DNA from: Acaryochloris thomasi RCC1774
Lineage (GTDB): Bacteria > Cyanobacteriota > Cyanobacteriia > Thermosynechococcales > Thermosynechococcaceae
Assembly (NCBI RefSeq): GCF_003231495.1
Contig: NZ_PQWO01000002.1
Span: 210,001-242,000, forward strand
Direction of reading: 5' to 3'
DNA length: 32,000 nucleotides
Part shown: in pieces, positions 26,539 through 32,000 of the stretch
How positions within the stretch are numbered: position 1 is the stretch's first letter
Layout of the letters: the number at the start of each line of letters is the position of its first letter
Program-made: the position numbers and the translations under genes
Notes under the pieces: model-generated
The model's input: the letters and a program-made list of their open reading frames with translations, nothing else
The model's database searches: none
Told to the model about the DNA's origin: nothing

Positions 26539-27352
26539 CTATATAATTCCTCGTGTGAATGCCTCCGAGCCTTGATTTAAAAGCTCAGTAAAAACTAGTG
26601 ATCTAACTAAGGTGAAATATATGAGGATTCTCAATCTAAAAAAATCAACCTAAGGATATATATTTGGATGATCTTATCTAGATTTTGAAGAAGAATATGA
26701 TTCCTGATCCTCATATTATTTCTGGTATTTCTTGAGCAGTAACTCAAGAAATACCGATGCAGAAATAAAGAGTTAGCGCATTGCAGAAACGACTGTGCGC
26801 TGACAAGATATAAATCTCTAAAGGGCTATAAGTAGCTCATGATACCAATCCGTTGGTCATGAGCTAGTCTGCTTCAATAGCTGCCCTGTAAGGTTCCCCA
26901 AAAAACTAATGCCTTCACCGTCATTCCCATGCAAAGTAGGGAAGCCGGCTGGCATTCAATTCTAAACTTGTGATGTTCAAACTATCTTTAGATGGTTCTT
27001 TCTTGATAGATATTCAATAAATATATCCATCAAGCCATGAAAATGATAGTCAGCATTGCTTGGAAATAGAATATCTGAGTTCATTTTCTTTAGCAATGAT
27101 TGAATGAGTGAAACTTTTGATCACTAAGCGATCCCCCCGGCATCTCAACTTTTCACATGATACATTATATTTTTTTTTAATCAAGTATTTAATATTGCTA
27201 TGCAAAAAAATATGATTTTCTAAATTAATTTATTTGTTTTCTGTTGGTTTTTAGGTTCAATTTAAAACTTATTTTGTTTGATTTAAGACGTGATTCGTAT
27301 GCCTTGGTTGATTTATGCTGGGCTCGGTTGATTTGTTTTTGTTCTGTCTAAC
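26539..27352. promoter_or_regulatory. 814-bp strongly AT-rich non-coding region upstream of the HDO-halogenase operon (and downstream of rsmB)
   Basis: No ORF longer than 35 codons on either strand by my reading. G+C by direct count is 9/60 (27181-27240), 16/60 (27241-27300), 15/60 (26641-26700) and 18/60 (26581-26640). It contains perfect inverted repeats and phased short direct repeats. Confidence 0.6.
26724..26755. promoter_or_regulatory. Perfect 13-bp inverted repeat GGTATTTCTTGAG-N6-CTCAAGAAATACC
   Basis: Read directly: arms are 26724-26736 and 26743-26755, with spacer CAGTAA. There is no flanking T-run on either strand, so it is not a canonical terminator. It starts 186 bp upstream of the HDO start codon and extends to 214 bp. 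Confidence 0.45.
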
Positions 27353-28690
27353 TTACGCAATATTTTGTTTGACTTTGGCAATAAAGAATCCGTCCATTGC
27401 TCGTTGGTGAGGCCAGATTTTCATCCATCCTGATGACTCTTGCCAGGTGGTGTGAGCCGCTGCAATGTCGGGTGGCTCAATGCTCCAGCCGGGATGGTTG
27501 TTGAGGAAGGCCTCAATGACGCATTCATTCTCGTCAGGGTGTAGGGTGCAGGTGGCGTAGACGATTGTGCCGCCAGGTTTTACCTGTTGAGCACTGGCCG
27601 CCAGTAGTTCGCTCTGTAATTGATTGAGTTGCTTCACTGTTTGGGGTGTTTGCTGCCAGCGGGCGTCTGCGTGTCGATGCAAGGTGCCGAGGCCAGAGCA
27701 GGGGGCATCAATTAATAGGGAGTCTGCCGGTGGGATCTGTTCAGGAAGGCTGCGACTGTCTCCGGTCCACTGCTGGACGTTATGGATGTCGAGGCGGGTC
27801 AGGTTCTGCTGCAGTTTGCGGAGACGAGAAGAGGTGCGATCGCAAGCCCAAATGTCTCCTTGTCCCTGCATCAGCTCAGCCATGTGGGTGGTTTTTCCGC
27901 CCGGAGCAGCACAGATATCGACCACCACCGAATTGGGCTGCGGATCTAGAACATGGCTCACAAGCTGAGCGCTGGCATCCTGTACGGTCCACCAACCCTC
28001 TTTAAACCCTGGGATCTGGGGAATGGGTCCGGCGTTGTCTTGAATACGGAGCGCTTGGGGAAGGTGAGCGATCTGCTCCACTTCAATCCCCACCGCTTCA
28101 AGCTGCTCCTGGACCGCTGCGCGCGTCGTTTTTAGCGTATTAACCCGAATGTCGAGAGCTGGGGGCTGATTGAGATAAATGCACAGCAGCTCCGTTTCCG
28201 CCGCACCAAGCTGAGAGAGCCACACCTCAATAATCCAGTCAGGATAGCTGTGCTGTACTCCGAGGTGCTGCACGGGATCGGTCGGTAAAGTGAGTGGATC
28301 GTCCGTTTGTCTGGCGTACCGACGTAGCAGACCGTTGACGAAGCCCGAGAGTCCTGACAGTCGATTTTGCTTAGCGAGTTCTACTGTTGTGTTGACCGCC
28401 GCCGAGACTGGGATTTGTTCTAGGTATCGAAGCTGGTAGAGTCCCAGATGCAGCAGGGTGCGTAAATCAGGGGGCTGTTGGTGGGCAGGCTTTTTTGCAA
28501 ACTGATCGATCAGAGCATCTAAGGTTCGCTGGCGACGGGTGCAGCCATACAGAAGCTCAGTGGCGAGCCGCCGCTCAACATCAGAGGTGGGATGCTGGAG
28601 TACTCTGTTGAGGGCAACATCGGCGTAGGTCCCCTCATGAACGGCTTTCAAAGCCCAAAAGGCAAGTTGTCGAGAAGAATGCTGACTCAA
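27353..28690 (-). CDS. rsmB: 16S rRNA (cytosine967-C5)-methyltransferase RsmB/Sun
   Basis: 445 aa. It has a NusB-like N-terminal domain. The SAM site is VVDICAAPGGKTTHMAE, and the catalytic Cys motifs are DAPCSGLGTLHRHADARW and IVYATCTLHPDENE. The ORF-track start at 28688-28690 is TTG, with no upstream in-frame ATG. Confidence 0.92.
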   Translation of the reverse strand: MSQHSSRQLAFWALKAVHEGTYADVALNRVLQHPTSDVERRLATELLYGCTRRQRTLDALIDQFAKKPAHQQPPDLRTLLHLGLYQLRYLEQIPVSAAVNTTVELAKQNRLSGLSGFVNGLLRRYARQTDDPLTLPTDPVQHLGVQHSYPDWIIEVWLSQLGAAETELLCIYLNQPPALDIRVNTLKTTRAAVQEQLEAVGIEVEQIAHLPQALRIQDNAGPIPQIPGFKEGWWTVQDASAQLVSHVLDPQPNSVVVDICAAPGGKTTHMAELMQGQGDIWACDRTSSRLRKLQQNLTRLDIHNVQQWTGDSRSLPEQIPPADSLLIDAPCSGLGTLHRHADARWQQTPQTVKQLNQLQSELLAASAQQVKPGGTIVYATCTLHPDENECVIEAFLNNHPGWSIEPPDIAAAHTTWQESSGWMKIWPHQRAMDGFFIAKVKQNIA

Positions 28691-28954
28691 AATTTAAAGA
28701 CCCGTACAGTTGCGTAGGGGCTTGATCATAGCTTTATTGCCGAAGGAGTCAAACTATCATGGCTGTCTAAAGGCGGTGTACTGTCCTCCGGGACTCTGGA
28801 CAATGGTCTGTGTGTTGCGAACATATTCTGGTAGGTGTTCCCTGCGGTACCTGATGCTGCCAGACTATGACTGTTTTAGAAAGAACCATAGTGACTGTGC
28901 CAGAGTCGTGAGCCTGCTGCCGTGCTTTGATTTGAGCGTAAGTCTGATCTAGGT

Positions 28955-30532
28955 TTAGTTCCAGTTGCCGACAACGGTGTACCCAGACCAGAAGTAGGGA
29001 TGGGTGAAGTTGCGATCGCCCCGTTGAGCCAGCGCTGGCGGCAAGGCCATCTGTACCTGATCTGAGAGCTGCAGCATTTCATTCGTGATCTGTACTTTCC
29101 CCTGCAGCATGGCAAGCTGCGCCTGCCGCATTGCCTCTGTTCTTGTCGGGGCACTGCGGAGATGTTCATAGAATTTTGACATCACGCCCAAGGTCCCTTC
29201 ATCGCTGATCATCCACAGACTGGCTACGGTGGATTTGACGCCAGCATTGAGGGCCGAACCTGCGAACCCTAGTTCAGCTTCTTCGCTACCAACGGCAGTT
29301 TGGCAAGCGCTGAGCACTAGCAGATCCACCGATGGATTGGACTGCCAGCGAAGCGATTGCGATAGGCCCCGCAGTTGGTTCAGATTGAGCTTGCCGTTCC
29401 AGAACTGAATGAAGGAATTTTGCGGTGCGCCCGACTTGAACTGGGCGTGGGTTGCGAGGTGAATGATGCCGTACCGATTTTGTTGATGGAACGTCTGTAG
29501 ATTCGAGAGCGTAGAGTCTTGATTAAGGGTGGCATGACTTTTGCCTTGCCAAAAGTGGTTCGCAAGCGCAGCCAGCTCCACCGGAACGGCCGGTAAAGGG
29601 GATAGACCCTGAGTGCTTTCAGAAACGCCCATTGCTAAAACGGTCTGCTTCCGTAGATCGCCGTAGCTCGATTCTGTGAGCTGAAAGCTAGGGATTAAAG
29701 CTACCTGATGCTTTTCAATTAGAAACTGTTGGCCGTCGTGGAGAGCGGCAATGGGAAGCGATCGCAACTTGTCATCCATAGAAAACAAGAGCGTCTCAAT
29801 TCCGTGGGCTTGGAGCTGTGGCACAAGGGGCTGCACAATCCACTGGTACAGCTTCTGTGATGATTTGAGATAGCTGGCGGTGTTGACCTTACTGGGATCG
29901 CTAACCTCGCGCCGGAACTTCTTGGCTTCCTTGAGCAAATCCCTTCGATCCACTTTACCGAGTACCTCTCGCACCACGGTTGGCGACGCTTGAGCTAGCT
30001 GTCCAGGGTGGCTAGAGGCAATCTGGAACGGCTGCTGGGCCACCGGACTATCGCTAGGGGGAATGAACAAAAGCTGTAGCTCATCTTCTAATGCCACCAC
30101 ATACAGCAGCCCTGAGCGTTGCCCTGTGAGCCGAGAGAGCTGACCGAGACGCTGAGAAATCTGTGCGGCATCGACTGGAGTCCCTGGGGCTGGCATTTCT
30201 AAATACTGGCTGAACTTCTGTGCCTGCCAAGCTTCAACTAGCTGCACAGCCTCTGCCGGTCTGACGTCCTTAAGCTGGTCTTCCAAAATATCCCGAGGTG
30301 ACTGGGGCCTGGGGGCCGTCGGGCGGTTGCGAAAGATTTGGAATAGATCTGGTAGGCCAATGCCGCCGCGATTGGGGCGATCGTTCTGATTGTCTGGAAA
30401 GGTTCTCTCGTTCTGGCTAATCAAGTCACGGGTTTGCTTTCCCGCCGCAGGGTTAATGCGCTGGGCTTGGGCCGCTGCAGGGAGCAGCATGAGTCCTAGG
30501 CAAAGACCGACGGATCGAGCGTAACGCTTCAT
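28955..30532 (-). CDS. Secreted CHAT-domain (caspase-like) protein
   Basis: The C-terminal CHAT domain has the His in IIHLATHAQF and the Cys in LLVLSACQTAVGS. The second Met (30530-32, GAGG 6 nt upstream) gives MKRYARSVGLCLGLMLLPAAAQAQ, a typical Sec signal peptide. The ORF-track start at 30568 adds 12 aa. Confidence 0.8.
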   Translation of the reverse strand: MKRYARSVGLCLGLMLLPAAAQAQRINPAAGKQTRDLISQNERTFPDNQNDRPNRGGIGLPDLFQIFRNRPTAPRPQSPRDILEDQLKDVRPAEAVQLVEAWQAQKFSQYLEMPAPGTPVDAAQISQRLGQLSRLTGQRSGLLYVVALEDELQLLFIPPSDSPVAQQPFQIASSHPGQLAQASPTVVREVLGKVDRRDLLKEAKKFRREVSDPSKVNTASYLKSSQKLYQWIVQPLVPQLQAHGIETLLFSMDDKLRSLPIAALHDGQQFLIEKHQVALIPSFQLTESSYGDLRKQTVLAMGVSESTQGLSPLPAVPVELAALANHFWQGKSHATLNQDSTLSNLQTFHQQNRYGIIHLATHAQFKSGAPQNSFIQFWNGKLNLNQLRGLSQSLRWQSNPSVDLLVLSACQTAVGSEEAELGFAGSALNAGVKSTVASLWMISDEGTLGVMSKFYEHLRSAPTRTEAMRQAQLAMLQGKVQITNEMLQLSDQVQMALPPALAQRGDRNFTHPYFWSGYTVVGNWN

Positions 30533-30732
30533 GGAAAACCTCGCCACAGAAAAGAACTGCAAAAGCATCTGCTTTGCTTTCTAGTCTAGGTCGGCAAGAC
30601 CGGATCGTCGATGATGTCGATCGCCTGAAGTCGTGACGGTATTTGCTCTTGGGAGTGATGTGGGTCACCCGGTCGTTGACTGCTTTTTTCCGTTAGGATG
30701 AACCTCTGCGATAGCTGTGGGAGAAAAAGCAA

Positions 30733-31125
30733 ATGTCAGATTCGCAACCTTGGGTGGATGATGGTAAGTCTCGTCCCCCAGTCTGGGTGGGTCATATTGC
30801 TCTAGGAACTCGCAATTTTGACGCCTCAGAATCATTCATGCGTCAAATCGGGATGCGGTCCATTGTGAAGCGTGAGAATATTGCTGTTCTAGAAATGCGT
30901 GGCGGAACGCATCTGGTCCTCAGAGCAAATCCAGAGGCAGTGCCCAACATAGCTCCCTTCGATCTAATGGTGGAAGATTTAGAGGCAGCTCACCAAGCGT
31001 TAACCCAAATGGGGCTGCAGCCCTCACCTATCCAACCGGGCAAAATTCACCAGTCGTTTACGGTGCGAGAACCCTCCGGCCATCAGATTAAATTTAATTC
31101 CAGCCATGTGGTGGGTCTGGTCTAG
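30733..31125 (+). CDS. VOC-family protein (glyoxalase/bleomycin-resistance/dioxygenase fold)
   Basis: 130 aa. VGHIALGTRNFDASESFMRQIGM ... EMRGGTHLVL ... FTVREPSGHQIKF is consistent with paired beta-alpha-beta-beta-beta modules of the VOC fold. The family-level call is moderate. Confidence 0.6.
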   Translation: MSDSQPWVDDGKSRPPVWVGHIALGTRNFDASESFMRQIGMRSIVKRENIAVLEMRGGTHLVLRANPEAVPNIAPFDLMVEDLEAAHQALTQMGLQPSPIQPGKIHQSFTVREPSGHQIKFNSSHVVGLV

Positions 31126-31156
31126 GACGATAATGTGGACCTGCACACTGAACCCA

Positions 31157-31840
31157 TTAGATTAAGCTCAGCTCCTGTAAGAGGTCTAAGTCATTGTCCG
31201 CTGACAGTTCTGAGAAATCGGGTAGCTCTTTAATGGCGACGATCTCTTCATCGAAGGTGTCCTGCAGTAGCTCAAGACAGCTATTGCGATAGACGCCAGG
31301 GGGAATATTGATCAGTAGCTTAATGGCTTTACTGAGCTTCGGCGCAGCGCCTTGCAGACGCTGCTCTAGATCTTTGACTTTATTTTCTTGGCCTTGCTGC
31401 AGTTCTTGAACTTGCTGCTGTAAAGATGCAGCACGCTCATGGGCCTTCTGGTATCGACGTTCGTGACTCTGATGTTTCTGCAGTCTGGCCTCAACGGTTT
31501 CTAGCAGCTCTTGGCGAGAAAAGGGCTTTGTCAGATAGTCATCTGCCCCTAGATTCATTCCCACTCGGATATCGCTCTTGTCTGCTCTGGCAGTTAAAAA
31601 GATAAACGGGATGGATTCAGTGATGGAATCTTCACGTAGGGCCTTTAATACATCACGGCCATCGAGGGCGGGCATCATCATGTCGCAGATGATTAGGTCT
31701 GGCAAGTGCTCCTGTGCCCACAGAATGCCAACGAAACCATTCTCTGCCGTAATCACCTGATACTCTTCTTCATGAAGTAGCTCTGCGATATTGGCGCGCA
31801 CTGCAACTTCGTCTTCAATAACAAGAATCTTGATCATCAT
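31157..31840 (-). CDS. Response regulator (receiver domain + Gln/Glu-rich coiled-coil C-terminal region)
   Basis: 227 aa. REC motifs are KILVIEDE, DLIICDMMMPALDG, IPFIFLTAR and DDYLTKPF. No recognisable DNA-binding output domain is present. The start lies 7 nt after the stop of the upstream kinase gene. Confidence 0.85.
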   Translation of the reverse strand: MMIKILVIEDEVAVRANIAELLHEEEYQVITAENGFVGILWAQEHLPDLIICDMMMPALDGRDVLKALREDSITESIPFIFLTARADKSDIRVGMNLGADDYLTKPFSRQELLETVEARLQKHQSHERRYQKAHERAASLQQQVQELQQGQENKVKDLEQRLQGAAPKLSKAIKLLINIPPGVYRNSCLELLQDTFDEEIVAIKELPDFSELSADNDLDLLQELSLI

Positions 31841-31846
31841 CTTTCC

Positions 31847-32000
31847 CTAATTGACTGGAATTTCTACTGTAAAAGTTGTGCCTTCGCCTTCTTGACTTTC
31901 AAAACCGATCTTGCCGCAGTGAAGATCAATTGACTTACTCACAATTGCAAGTCCTAAGCCTGTCCCTGATATTGTGCCCACATTGCTAGCTCTATTGAAC
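31847..32000 (-). CDS. Sensor histidine kinase, C-terminal fragment (truncated by window edge)
   Basis: My own minus-strand translation reads ...FNRASNVGTISGTGLGLAIVSKSIDLHCGKIGFESQEGEGTTFTVEIPVN*. That is the G2 box and C-terminal end of an HATPase_c domain. The stop TAG is at 31847-31849. Confidence 0.8.
   Translation of the reverse strand, partial: FNRASNVGTISGTGLGLAIVSKSIDLHCGKIGFESQEGEGTTFTVEIPVN

Noticed and set aside
26857-27084. Small minus-strand ORFs in the AT-rich leader that might be precursor peptides for the halogenase. They are a 35 aa ORF at 26977-27084 (MNSDILFPSNADYHFHGLMDIFIEYLSRKNHLKIV), a 32 aa ORF at 26857-26955, and an 18 aa Trp-containing ORF at 26874-26930 (MGMTVKALVFWGTLQGSY).
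   Set aside because: None has a Shine-Dalgarno-like sequence, and they overlap one another in different frames. The halogenase is of the RebH/PrnA class, which acts on free tryptophan, rather than resembling peptide-acting halogenases. They are worth a ribosome-profiling look but are not supportable as genes.
23765-27352. Mobile-element boundaries (transposase, integrase, tRNA attachment site, long terminal or direct repeats) around the halogenase cassette
   Set aside because: I found none by eye. The only boundary signals are the terminator on one side and the AT-rich block on the other, so I do not call a genomic island or mobile element.
28710-28952. ORF 28710-28952 (+), 80 aa, and the nested minus ORF 28876-29169
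   Set aside because: It has a TTG start in the rsmB upstream region and a Cys/Leu/Arg-rich translation without motifs. The region is more simply the rsmB promoter plus the CHAT-gene 3' flank.
1-32000. CRISPR arrays, rRNA and tRNA genes
   Set aside because: I saw no regularly spaced direct repeats of 25-40 bp, no rRNA-like conserved blocks, and no tRNA T-arm (GGTTCGAATCC-like) signatures on either strand. Detection by eye is imperfect, and tRNAscan or Infernal would settle it.

Overview
Cyanobacterial chromosomal segment. I counted 15 perfect HIP1 octamers (GCGATCGC), and coding DNA is roughly half G+C by eye. About 33 protein-coding genes are present, mostly housekeeping and assignable from their translations. 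They include an ammonium transporter, yqeK-rsfS, a PatA-type (PATAN-REC) response regulator, a polyamine-type solute-binding lipoprotein and a sugar-type ABC permease. Also present are mreBCD, dxs, mtnA, and ftsE-ftsX preceded by a WecB/TagA/CpsF glycosyltransferase. A two-domain rhodanese sits head-to-head with an MnmC-like (DUF752) methyltransferase. Further right are a four-gene run of small membrane proteins (TM2, DUF2752 and two others), DoxX, a DUF4079-like protein, a HAD hydrolase, rsmB, a secreted CHAT-domain protein, a VOC protein, and a response regulator plus histidine kinase pair cut by the right edge. I recognised no rRNA, tRNA, CRISPR array, transposase or integrase. The stand-out locus is 23.8-27.35 kb. 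It holds a RebH/PrnA-class flavin-dependent tryptophan halogenase preceded on the same strand by a 310-aa ORF. The N-terminal two thirds of that ORF carry the His/Glu/Asp pattern of heme-oxygenase-like diiron oxidases. Its C-terminus matches the tandem MshEN-type c-di-GMP-binding motif residue for residue. The pair is driven from an 814-bp, extremely AT-rich, hairpin-containing non-coding region and closed by a perfect 17-bp-stem terminator. I propose it is a minimal, possibly c-di-GMP-gated, halo-tryptophan-remodelling cassette. This rests on motif reading only and needs database and experimental confirmation.
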